Made by a program: the position numbers and the translations under genes. The notes beneath the pieces are model-generated. The model saw only the letters and a list, made by a program, of their open reading frames with translations. It did no database searches and was not told where the DNA came from. From Eledone cirrhosa (Eukaryota): DNA of 64,000 bases. This document shows, one piece after another, positions 52,421 through 64,000 of this stretch; position 1 is the first letter of the stretch; each line of letters starts with the position of its first letter. The stretch is from the NCBI GenBank assembly GCA_964016885.1, contig OZ024755.1, positions 19,840,001 to 19,904,000 of the forward strand. The letters run 5' to 3'.

Positions 52421-52998
52421 AGAAGAATGAGGTATAATATGGATAAAACTGAAATGTACTTCATTACTAACATAGGGGTATATTTAAATCAGATCTTATC
52501 TCATGAAGTGTAAGAGAATAGTTACATGTGTTTAATTCAAATGGGTTATTGTAGATAAGAACGATATAAGGATTCATATTTGTTTCTTCTTTTCTTCTTC
52601 TTGGTCTACTTATTCCTGAAACGTTCGTGGGGATAGAGTTCTCAAAAACTCCTTCCAATGAAGAGTTATAGTGTCTAATTTGAAACAGTTTTATAGAGGA
52701 TTTATGAGCGGGTTATATATAAGAATAACTTAAGTCCTTAATATAGAACCTAATGCATTAACGACGAGCTATTTATATATGTTGTGTAAATATAACTGTA
52801 ACAGAATAACCAGCTGTATCTCGCCTGTCTTCCACTAATACGACGACGACGAAGAAAGAACCATTCTTATAAATCTATTTTATAAAATTTGTCACGGAAC
52901 AGAGTAACGAGACCACTAACGATGAACCCACTAAATATTTATCACGACTACACCATACCCTAATACATCTACATATTAAACTACACGCTAACTATTTA

Positions 52999-53196
52999 CG
53001 AGGGTCGGCTGAAACTGTCATAGGCTGACTATGAAGTATTGATGCTAGAGCTGTGAAATCTTGCATGTATTAATTTCAACTCTTCTTATCAACAATTGCA
53101 TTGTGACTTTCCAGAGACTATGTTGAAAAATAAACCTCATTTGGTCATTCCATGGGAGTATCTTGGTCAGTCTATGAACCTTTCAGGTGACCAACA
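52999..53196. mobile_element. Tc1/mariner MITE
   Basis: TA|CGAGGGTCGGCTGAAA...TTTCAGGTGACCAACA|TA; colinear with 39525-39719. Confidence 0.8.
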
Positions 53197-53625
53197 TATA
53201 TACTGCTTTTCAAATGTTATTTCTTCACATCTTCCCAAGATAACAAGAAAGTTAAGGTAGAATTGTCGGGCAAAACTATAATCGAAGGTATTTCAGTATA
53301 TCACCGACTACACTGTCAAATGTATTCATTTTAAAGACACTAGGTATCGTAGTATGTAGAATTTGGATGCTGTCTCTAGGAGGCCAAGCCATTACGTATG
53401 TATAAGGCTACCTTGTTGTTAATGTTATTGAACTGGATGACATACTTCTTTTGATAAGAATCTATATTGATTTTGTTACATTTATAACAACGATAGAACA
53501 ATATTACATTTGTAAAAGGTTAAAAACTGTTTCAATCATACATGTACATTTAATATAATTTATGTTATCTAAATGTGAAGTATTTTCCTCAAGACAGAAT
53601 TTCATAAAATGTTATACACAAGAAC

Positions 53626-53672
53626 ATTGTTTCTACTTTTGGCACAAGGCCAGCAATTACTCCAGTGCATTA
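53626..53672 (-). mobile_element. SINE S1 3' fragment
   Basis: Tail only; TTATACACAAGA on both flanks. Confidence 0.8.
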
Positions 53673-55365
53673 TACACAAGATAATATTAAGTTCAATGTA
53701 AATGAATGAAAAGTATTTGGAATTTACAATACAGAAAAGCACCTCTAAAGTATCTTCACAATTTCAATTGTTTGAACTTAAAATAGGGTGATACAATGGA
53801 ATTTAACGTACTTGAAATAAATGTTGAATGGACATGTATTGAGGCTACATGTTTCTGTACAGATTTCTATTCAAGGAGAAATATTTTTGATGATGCTTCA
53901 ATGACAAATGTATTCAACCGGTGGTGTTAGGATAAATATTTAAAGAGTTTAGTGTCAAAGAATTGTTATTGTATGAGTTTACATCAGCTTTTATTAAGAA
54001 AACCTATTGATCGAAGAGATTCAATCCGTCTTTCGATATATCTAGTACTACATTATCCAACGCATTCTTCATTCTGACACCTATAAGTTGTGGTTTGAAG
54101 AAGAAATGGCTGCTATCCTAGTAATTCGTGTGACATCACAGAGCTCCGATCCCCTCGCAATGATTTTTTATTTGTATATATTAGATACCTTGGTATGAAC
54201 GGATTACTTCCCCTACTCAGTTCAGATATATCCGCTGAAATAATCTGTTTTATCTCTATCCTACCATAAACAATAAAGAAAATATTTAAAAATATAAGAA
54301 GTATTGAAAAAGCGGTGCTAGAAATATGTTCCTTCCCTGAGATGATACATATTGAGAAAATAACATCACCTTATATAATACGTACATACATACACGCACA
54401 TAGATAGATACATCCATCTATATATCCATACATATATATTAAATAATGCAGAGTAGCTGATTGTAGAATCGGTCGTCTTAGATTACAGTAGACGTATATA
54501 AAGATAGATTTAGATTTAGATTTCGGGAAGATGTAGATTAAGTTTCTCCACCTTCTGGAGTCGATAAAATATGTACTATTAAGTATCAGGTCGATTTAAA
54601 AATATGTACTCTTAGATATTGGGTCGATCTTGTGCTTCCTCACAAAATGTATCACCTCCTGCTCACGTTAGAAAGAAATCGATAATAGGTAAGGAAGGCA
54701 ATGTAGAGACAATATTAGTTTGCTACGTAGATCAGGATTTTATATAAAGGATCTCTTTGTCGTATATTTCTGTGTGTTTATAAGAGAGACAAAATCAACA
54801 TAGTTGTGCAAATTCTATCAAATGTCGAAGTTTCTTTATTCTCAAATTTCTTCGGAGAAATCTGGTATTGAGGGACTGCGAGAAATCCCTACCAAATTAA
54901 AAAAATAAGATACCAAGATTAAAGATAATCTATTCTTCTTTTGTCTCCTCCTCTTTCTGTTGTCACCAAACTCCATTCTTTCCCATCGACACAAAATGAC
55001 GTGATGGAACCGCGTCTGAGAGCAGCTAGGTGATCAAGCCACACTCTGTGTCCAAGTGGTATTCTACTGATCACACAGCTTATTTATCTTCAGCTATAGT
55101 CCTCCGCCTTCTGGATCCTCTCTCTCTTGCTTCTAAGTTGTCTGTGACGACTCGTTTCCTGTTCACTTCCGATTTATCCAGAGTTCTATCGGCTTCACTG
55201 TGAAATACATTATAGTAATGTTACATCCATAATGGTTGTCCTTTATATTTATAAAAAAAAGAATTTATTCATCAGTGGAGCGCTGATATACAGATAGACA
55301 GAGTGAACACGCGTGTGTTGAAGTTACACATGTAATACAACCAACAATACTATATATATATATAT

Positions 55366-55440
55366 AGTAATAATAATAAATGTGAAGACTAAGATCCCGT
55401 TAAGGGTGAAAGCAGCGATTCTTTGCTTTTATTTTAATAT
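55366..55440 (+). mobile_element. Internally deleted copy of family D
   Basis: The first ~26 bp and the 3' HHR half of 31044-31393 are joined directly. Confidence 0.75.
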
Positions 55441-55447
55441 ATATATA

Positions 55448-55507
55448 TCAGAATGGAGGCGGTAGAAACCAGTTAGACCATTACTCACCAGAGTATTTGA
55501 TACTTAT
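55448..55507 (-). mobile_element. Decayed family A tail
   Basis: GGTAGAAACCAGTTAGACCATTACTCACCAGAGTATTTGATACTTA versus GGTAAGGAACCAGGTGGACCATAACGCACCAAAGTACTCAATACTTA at 44965. Confidence 0.6.
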
Positions 55508-55845
55508 TAGGTGAAAAAAAAACAAAAAAAACAAAAAAAACTTCATTTTTTCAGCTTTTTAGGGCTTTTTTGAGGCGTAACGTCTAGCCGATTTTCCTGA
55601 AATTTCAAGGCATATTATGTACATAAAAGAAATTCATTTTCTTGATCCCCTAGGGCCCGCATTAGGTTAAAACCTGCATTTTTCCTGCTTCATCGAGGAA
55701 AATCTTAAAGATTATCCAGCTATCAGAGTATTCGGTTTATTTTCTTTACATATTGTCCAGGCATGCTGTTTTTCCACGATTAGGTATGTTGGCGGGTCGC
55801 GTTACAAAATACCTTATCCCGTGCAACGCCGGATACCACTGCTAG
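55508..55845 (+). mobile_element. Non-autonomous Helitron-like element
   Basis: 3' hairpin ATCC-CGTGCAACG-CC-GGAT, 7 nt, then CTAG|T; internal CCGATTTTCCTGAAATTT. The 5' boundary is approximate. Confidence 0.6.
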
Positions 55846-55853
55846 TATGTATG

Positions 55854-55914
<61 letters not shown>

Positions 55915-56089
55915 CATATTAAAAATGCATGGCTATATAGTTTTAAACAAGTTTTAAACAAGTTTTAAATCGTTTATTTGTTCTAATTTCCATCTTCCAG
56001 CTCTCTTCTCTTACACCAGGTCTACCTTAACCCCCATTCCTCACTTACGTAACACTACACAGAAGTGTTGATTGAGATACACCAACGTA

Positions 56090-56482
56090 GTATATATATA
56101 CAGGGTATGGTTGTGTGTATATATATATATATATGTATATATGAGGGTATGTTTGTGTGTGTATGTATGTATGTATGTATATATATATATATGAGGGTAT
56201 GTTTGTGTGTATATGTATGTATATATAAGAGTATGTTTGTGTGTATATATACATATATATAAGAGTATGTTTGTGTGTATATATACATATATATATATAT
56301 ACATATGAGGGTATGTTTGTGTGTATATATATGTATATATAAGAGTATGTTTGTGTGTATATATATATGTATATATATATGTATATATGAGGGTATGTTT
56401 GTGTGTATATATATGTATATATAAGAGTATGTTTGTGTGTATATGTATGTATATATAAGAGTATGTTTGTGTGTATATATAC

Positions 56483-56520
<38 letters not shown>
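56090..56520. repeat. GAG(G/A)GTATGTTTGTGTG(TA)n minisatellite
   Basis: Direct inspection. Confidence 0.9.
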
Positions 56521-56524
<4 letters not shown>

Positions 56525-56879
56525 GATACGTCAGTGTGTAAACATTTTAAGAAGTTGCTGATAAAAAATATAACAGTCTGTATTTCGTTGGTAAACATTC
56601 AGTAAGTTCTTAGATAAGAAATGTTATGCTTGTGAGGGTTTTTGTTCTGTACATTGGTTTGTCCTTGGACGGTTCTATTATCATATTAGCTTGTTTATAA
56701 AATGCTACTAACTCCTCACTCCCTCACTTGACCTTCCTAGGGAAAGACTGAGGGAGAGGCTTGGAAATATTTCGTCTCGAAAAATTCAGGCCGAGAAACG
56801 AAATATGAGTGGAACTTAGCCTGTCGTTTGATTGACTTAGAGAAGGAAAACGTCAGAGAAAGAGGAAAGGAGAATGAGA

Positions 56880-57270
56880 GAGACAAAGGGCGAGTGAGAG
56901 AGAGAAAGGGCGAGTGAGAGAGAGAAATGGCGAGTGAGAGAGAGAAAGGGCGAGTGAGAGAGAGAAAGGGCGAGTGAGAGAGAGAAAGGGCGAGTGAGAA
57001 GGAGAAAGGGCGAGTGAGAAGGAGAAAGGGCGAGTGAGAAGGAGAAAGGGCGAGTGAGAGAGAGAAAGGGCGAGTGAGAGAGAGAAAGGGCGAGTGAGAG
57101 ACGTAGGTTGGTAGGTAGGTAGGTAAGCAAGTAGGTAGATAGGTAGGCAAGTAGGTAGATAGGTAGGCAAGTAGGTAGATAGGTAGGCAAGTAGGTAGAT
57201 AGGTAGGCAAGTAGGTAGATAGGTAGGCAAGTAGGTAGATAGGTAGGCAAGTAGGTAGATAGGTAGGCAG
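56880..57270. repeat. Two adjacent 20-bp minisatellites (AAAGGGCGAGTGAGAGAGAG; AGGTAGGCAAGTAGGTAGAT)
   Basis: Direct inspection. Confidence 0.95.
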
Positions 57271-57806
57271 AGATATGACCTTGGTAATGTAGTGACAATA
57301 AAAGAATGAAAAACAAAGTAACATATTGACCACGGTAAGACTTGAACTTAAACCAGTGTGGTCGGGCTGGATCAAAACCGCAACTGATTGTATCTGGCAC
57401 TCTAACAACTTTGCTAATTCCCCGTCACATAAGATGCTGACAAAAAATTCAATAACTCGAAATTATTTAAAGAATAATTAAACAACATGAAATGAAACGC
57501 CTCTGAAATATCCGATATTCATTGAATCATGTATAGATTTGATTCTCTGCAGAGGATTCTATTGACTAAAAATAAAGAGAACGGCACAGATTGGAATTTG
57601 CTTGGGAAATGGAATGTTTACTTACTTTCAATTTTCTATCACGAGATTTTTAATAGAAAATAAATGTAGACTGTTGCAACTGCTGATATAATATTAATTT
57701 CGCTAACGCAATTATGAATAGTAAAGGGCAAATAGAAGAATGTGGTTATTTGGGCTAAATGTTACTACGTACATTAGAGTATTGTTACTATAACATTAGT
57801 TTATAA

Positions 57807-57993
57807 TAATTCTTTCTACTTTTGGCACAAGGTCAGCAAATACCCAGTACATTACTGGTACTTTATTTTATCGACCCCGTAAGGATGAAAGGCAAAGTTA
57901 ACCTCGGCGGGATTTGAACACAGATCATAAAGAGACGTAACTCTATGCTTCAAAGGATGGCGTCCGACTCTCTACCGATACTGGCAATCCACG
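57807..57993 (-). mobile_element. SINE family S1
   Basis: Full-length; ACATTAGTTTATAATAA on both flanks. Confidence 0.9.
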
Positions 57994-58327
57994 GTGCTAC
58001 ATTAGTTTATAATAACAACATCTGAGAGTTCTGAGAAACGTCTAATACCTAGAACTTAGATGCAATGACGTTTCTGTTTACAGCTTTAGTCAGAGAGAAA
58101 AGATCAGTGTCCACAACATTTTTCAACGTCTTCATGTGAAATTTATTCACCCCCAGTCGTAGGCTTAGTCCGAATGCTTACATCTGAGTGAACTGAAGAG
58201 CCAGGTGGGAGTTTATGTCTACCCACACACAGCTAAATGAAGATAATCAGCAAACGCATAGAGAAGGGAATCAATTTCAGCATACTGTATTTTCTTAAGA
58301 TGAAATTGATTTATGCCATATATAATT

Positions 58328-58518
58328 AATTGTTTCTACTTTTGGCACAAGGCCAGCAATTATCTCAGTGCATTACTGGTACTTTATTTTATCGACCCTG
58401 TGAGGATGAAAGGTAAAGTTAACCTCGGCGGGATTTGAACTCAGAATGGCAAGGGCCGTAACTCTATGCGTCAAAGCATGGCGTCTGACACTCTACCGAT
58501 ACTGCCAATCTACCGCCC
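58328..58518 (-). mobile_element. SINE family S1
   Basis: Full-length; CCATATATAATTAATT on both flanks. Confidence 0.9.
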
Positions 58519-58649
58519 CATATGTAATTAATTAATTATACCATATATAATTAATTATATATGTACTGCCAGTATGTACAATCATACATTTGCGGGGAAT
58601 AAGACATTTAGATCTTTTAGCTGCTAGTGTAATAGCATTATATGTGTCG

Positions 58650-58838
58650 CGGCGGATTGACAGTATCGGTAGAGGGTCGGACGCCATGCTTTGACGCATA
58701 GAGTTACGGCCCTTGTCATTCTGAGTTCAAATCCCGCCGAGGTAAAATTTGTCTTTCATCCTTACGGGGTCGATAAAATAAAGTACCAGTAATGTACTGG
58801 TTAATTGCTGGCCTTGTGCCAAAAGTAGAAACAATTAT
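58650..58838 (+). mobile_element. SINE family S1
   Basis: Full-length; ATTATATGTGTC on both flanks. Confidence 0.9.
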
Positions 58839-60569
58839 ATGTGTCATTGTCATATATTCTTTGTGACAGTTTATTTCTTGTGTTCAAAGTTACCTTCTTG
58901 TTAATCATATTTATCTGATAAATGGGGTTAATATGACACTTTCAATTATAGCGATGTCCGCTTTCCTAAAAATTTCTTATGATAAACTCAGAAAAATTAT
59001 AAATAGTTTGTTATGCTTTAAGAATTTATTCTACCTAATATCGTTTGGTACAACAAAATGTCGGTGACATTGCTAACAAATGTAACAAGTAATTCAGTGA
59101 TCCAAATAGCTGTGTTTGATATATTAAGTAGTCGAATCGAAGCACGATGATTAGAATCAATCATTTGAAATCTGCTAGCTTTCATACGTTTAGATTAGTT
59201 TGAAATGAAAAACGACAACCTGTTAAACGTAGCGTAGACGACATGTTACCGTTCCCAGTGAAACACTTAGGTTTATATAGAGGTTTCACTTCTATCAATT
59301 TGTAAGAATCAAAGAACCCCTAATACAAATCTATCGTTCCAACTATTGAGTCTCTTATTAACAAGGATATTTGCATCCTAAGTATAATGAAAAGATATAT
59401 TAGCGAACGTCGACGTTAATACGGTTTCTATTGATGACTGTAATTTATGTTACATTCATACAATCCTAGCATCCATTATTACTACAACATGAACACATTG
59501 TTATAATGTAAACATTAAGAATACATCCTTTTCAGAATCCTACAAATTATTTGGTTTTGACTATTAAATGTATAATCGACGAATATCAGTCATCCAATAT
59601 TGTTGAACCTATGAAATTTCTATAAATTCTTTCAATCAATTTGAATGTGATATACTCAACATGTTGTTTGAGACGTCATTATCAGCTATAAAAATTCTGA
59701 ACTAAGCATCCAGAGATTTTGTTTTTCTCTTTTTTCGAATAACTACATGCACTCAGAATTTAGAGGTATTTCTGCTGTGTATTGCATCTTACAATTTATG
59801 ACGTAAAATCGATTTGGATTTTCAGAGAACACGGTGATGTACCCACAAGAGAATTTGAATCCAGTACGCTCCTGACCTGATGTCAACTTCAAGTGATATA
59901 TCTGACGAAGAAAACAACATTTTAATATCTTATTTGTTTAAGATAAGTCTATTAACCTTTCCACCTGAGATGTCTCAAAGTTGGCAATGTTTCCGTTAAC
60001 ATATTTATAGTTGGATTCTGATTATTTTCAAGATATAATACAGAAAGTTATATATTCTCATAGGAAAGTTTAGTATTTGCATCAACAGTTGAGTTAAGCT
60101 ATGTCTGTTTATTATAATCATGTTGCATTGACTAATATTCTTTTTAACGAGAAATGTTAACTAGATTTTTATAGTGTTAGCTGTCGTATAAGAAGCTTAA
60201 ATTACAAGAATTTATGTAAAACAGTTTATGCTTATGTAATCTGAAAGATTATAACGCTAGTTATTTATCGGTAAACACTTATTTGCACCAAGTAAATAAA
60301 TGAAATTGGATTTATTAGGATTTATTAAAACATTTAAATGATAAACTATGTTATATATATGAGAATGTGCTACACGATGTCCCGATGATATAGCTCACAT
60401 AATGTCTTGTATTTTTATATTATATTCTATTTATATATTATTAGGAGTAGGCGAAATAATTGGTAGCATATATAACTTACATATTAATTTAGGTTTTCAT
60501 CACCCGACTATAAATTTAATGCTGCTATTATTCTTGTGGTTGTTCCCGCTTCTTCTTAACCGGAGCTGA

Positions 60570-60670
60570 TTGGGGTCGATAACAAAGTACAAGTCACACA
60601 CTGAGGTCGATTTAATCGACTTTCCTCTCCTCCAAATTTCTTGGGCTTTTGCCTAAACCAGAAACCATTA
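60570..60670 (+). mobile_element. SINE S1 long variant, 3' part
   Basis: GGGGTCGATAACAAAGTAC...GGTCGATTTAATCGAC...TGCCTAAACCAGAAACCATTA. Confidence 0.7.
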
Positions 60671-60776
60671 AAGTTATATGGGTTTATATAGCTATTTGTG
60701 TTTGTATTTTATACTGAATTAAGTCTCAAAATACTGGCCTTTTGGCTAAAATAGAAATCGTTATATATTGAATTAA

Positions 60777-60984
60777 TAATTGTTTCTACTTTAGGCACAA
60801 TCCATGCAATTTGAAGGGGAGGTAAAAGTCAATTAAATCGCCCCTAGTACTCACTGGTGCTTTATTTTATCCACCTCGTAAGGATGAAGGGCAAAGCTAA
60901 CCTCGGTGGGATTTGAACTCAGAACGTAAAATTCCTTAACTCTGCCGCAAAGCTAGGTCTCCGACGCTCTACCGACACTGCCAA
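60777..60984 (-). mobile_element. SINE S1 long variant
   Basis: Family match; TGAATTAATAAT on both flanks. Confidence 0.85.
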
Positions 60985-62194
60985 TGAATTAATAATAAGA
61001 ATAGTTTACTTGTTTTTGCAGAAGTTAATAATCATGCAAATATTATTACCTAAATATATGAGATTCCATTTAGGAAAATAACTCGGTTTAGAAGACATTT
61101 TATATTTGCTCAAAATAAAGAAAGCCAGTAACTTTGAAGCAATGATAATTCCCTATTTAGATTGGAACTAAAATGTTTAGAACAGGCAATATGCGTTAAT
61201 TACTAACACCAGATTTTTATGAAGTCTAGAGACATATTTTGCCGTCTATGTTGATTTTAGTTTATGATTTGAATTTTATGATTGTATACTGTTTTCCATA
61301 CAATTACATGACACAAATCAATATATTCAGTTAAACAAATATTATAAGAAAATTATGAAATGTTAGTAATCCCAGTAAAAAGCATACACACAAAACATTC
61401 TAATTAAAATTATTTTGAAGCTAAAGATGTTGTTTGCAAAGCTGACATATGGCTCATTCTCATTATAATGAAATTTAGCGAGACCAGTATTAAATTAATC
61501 TGATTCTTTTTGACAGAAGAAAATCTCATTCAAATATATGAAATATTTGAACGATGTGTTTCACAATAATTTCTGTTTGGAAGCATATGTAAATGTAATT
61601 ATATAAAGAAGACATTTGCAAGAGACAAGCTGCCAAGTGGAGTATGCGTCAGCGAAACGGCTGTCAATAAAGACGATTCGATTGCTAAATGCAATAATTG
61701 ATATGAGAAACCCTCGTCTGTACAAGATGTAAATATATTATTTGAATATTTAAATAACACAACAAGCAATGAATAACTGAAAAGATCATTGAGTAAATTT
61801 TGTTTAATTCATTTCATTATTTATAATAATTGGAATTAGAGATTTGTTTGCCAAAAGTGAGTGTCTGCTATAAATAAAATAAGCCTTTCAACCTATTAAT
61901 GGCTGTAATTTGCATTTAATTGTTCCTCGTTAGTCATCGTAAATTGACATTTTTACATGTTCTGAGACCGAATCTTTGAAGAGCTGACGACAAACACACA
62001 TACTATATATATATATACACACAGACACACAAAAGGTAAACAGTAATAACAAAGCAAACGACACAGTGAAACGACGAAATATATTAGTTGAACGCTTGAT
62101 ATAGTAGGAAAAGAGCCTTAAAGGTTTGGACACTTGTTCTTCATAAAAGATGAAATAGAAAGATATAGAGTGAGGAGAAGAAGGAAAAACGATT

Positions 62195-62338
62195 TGGTCT
62201 AGAAATAGCCGTCGAAACGGCTTGAGCTCTGTCGTCGGGGTCTTGAACATTTTCCTATTACCCACTCTACTACCCTAAGTATTGAGTACTCTGGCGCCTT
62301 ATGGTCCAATCTGGTTCCTTACCACACTTCCTTCGTTA
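62195..62338 (+). mobile_element. Family A single arm (no fold-back)
   Basis: TGGTCTAGAAATAGCCGTCGAAACGGC...tail CCTTCGTTA(TA)n; the 5' end stops inside the putative stem II loop. Confidence 0.8.
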
Positions 62339-62356
62339 TATATATATAACGAACAG

Positions 62357-62403
62357 CGGAGGACACGTTTCGCACCTTTCCGACAGGCATTGTCGAGGCT
62401 TCC
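62357..62403 (-). ncRNA. Decayed hammerhead-like motif
   Basis: Minus strand ..CTCGACAAT-GCCT..AGGTGC-GAAAC-GT-GTC-CTCC; the 5' core is degenerate. Confidence 0.35.
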
Positions 62404-62460
62404 AAACGACTTAAAGAAATTTACCTTATTATTCTACAATGCTTCAAGCAAACTTCAATA

Positions 62461-62502
<42 letters not shown>

Positions 62503-63690
62503 TATCAGGAAAGAGTCCCCCCCCCCCCTAAAAAAACGTCGACATTTTCGTAATTTACGAAAAAGTGTAATCAAGCAATAGTTAATGTTTCAGTGAATGA
62601 AGGCCCCTCTGAGTGGTCGGTGGCCGCATACACAGCTAAAATGAGCTGCTTTCTCAATAAGGTCTAAATCGGAGAGTAGTAGTAGCAGCAGCAGCAGCAG
62701 CAGTAGTAACAACAAAATCAACAATCATAGTCAAACAGAATTATCTATTATATCATTCATGTCACGTTTTATGTCGAGTGTTATGTTGCTAACAACCTTA
62801 ACCAGAGAAAAAAATTGAAAACATAATTGGATAGAAAATTGCTCGAGTGTTAGAACCCCAATTATTGAACGACATGGAAACCATAAAGGACGCCATTAAC
62901 GTAATGAAACAATGCTATGGATATCTATGGATCTATGTAAAAAAATCAGAAATTTGAAAATAAATAGAAAATGAAATGTGGCTTCCCAAGACACCCACAC
63001 ATTGATTGCAGTGATATTTAGATTTCAATTCATTGCCTTCAGAAAAGAAATATTGTATCAATAAACGTTACATAAATAAAGGAATATACATTAATAAACA
63101 ATATAGAAAATTTGAATTGTTGCACTAAGATATTAGAGGAATCAGTTTTTGTGTTTTCATTTGAGATTCAAAACCACGCTAGATTAGATTGTTGATACGT
63201 TACTTTGACACAGTCTTATTGTTTAGTATCACGTTCGTGATTCTTTTAATAACCACAGACATTTCTCAACAGTTACTGCTTGACAAGGTCATGTTTTAGT
63301 AAGTTGGAAATACTGTATCTACAAAAGTGTATTATAAGCTACTTAGCATGCCTATGCTATTATCATATTCTACTGGAGTTAGACTCGCAGTATGTATGTA
63401 AGTTGCTTCGTTTCTATACTTTGATCAAATTAATTTATTTCAGTTGTATAGCCGCCATGTTGGCTCTATATTCACAGTGAGATTTTGATAAGAGTGTCAT
63501 GGAAATTCTTATACCAGTATATTATGTTATTACTTCAGAATTCTATGGATGTATATATCAGTATGTATGTCTATGTGGAACCATGCAAGCATGTCTGTGT
63601 GTGTACGTGTACGCGTGGGTGTGTGAATCTATATTTTGATTTATGTATGCGTACATTATTATTATTATAATAATATATATATATATAATT

Positions 63691-63790
63691 TATTGTTTCT
63701 ATTTTTGGCACAAGGCCAGCAAATACCCAGTACATTACTGGCACTTTATTTTATCGACCTCGTAAGGATGAAAGGCAAAGTTAACCTCGA
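63691..63790 (-). mobile_element. SINE S1 (5'-truncated)
   Basis: 3' half of the family sequence. Confidence 0.85.
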
Positions 63791-64000
63791 CATGTCAATC
63801 CGCATATGTTTGTATTTCATACAAATTAAACTGCTAGACCTTTTTTTTAACATATTTTCACAATTTTGCTCAAGAACATAAAACACAACACAGGACATTA
63901 TGTTCGTTAATCTTACCACTAGGCCAGGCGCTCATACGGTATTGTTATTCCACGCCACTGCCCACCCCCCCTTGATTTTTCTTTTTAATGATTCTGTTAC

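Noticed and set aside
61984-62080. CTGACGA ... GAAAC as a hammerhead; also isolated CTGANGA words at 32590, 48345(-), 58193 and 59902
   Set aside because: No stem II or stem I complementarity; expected chance matches.

Overview
AT-rich eukaryotic DNA saturated with microsatellites. The repeat content suggests an octopod cephalopod (inference from tRNA-derived Nin/Deu-domain SINEs and very long (TA)n/(CATA)n/(GA)n tracts). No host gene can be called with confidence, and nearly all ORFs in the track are translations of simple repeats. Real coding remnants are all retroelement-derived: a 5'-truncated Penelope-like element (RT C-terminus + GIY-YIG endonuclease, 15223-16620) and C-terminal fragments of RTE, CRE and R4/Dong-type LINEs. 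The window also holds about 20 copies of one SINE family, a second SINE family, a hAT MITE, two mariner MITEs and two Helitron-like elements. The most notable signal is about a dozen intact or decayed type I hammerhead-ribozyme (HHR) motifs from several unrelated short elements embedded in (TA)n tracts, many with unusually long stem II. Alongside them is a recurrent class of fold-back insertions whose symmetry centre lies in HHR stem II and whose two arms share copy-private variants. This suggests that the ribozyme's stem II primes snap-back second-strand synthesis during retrotransposition. All structures were assigned by eye; no folding, alignment or database search was run.
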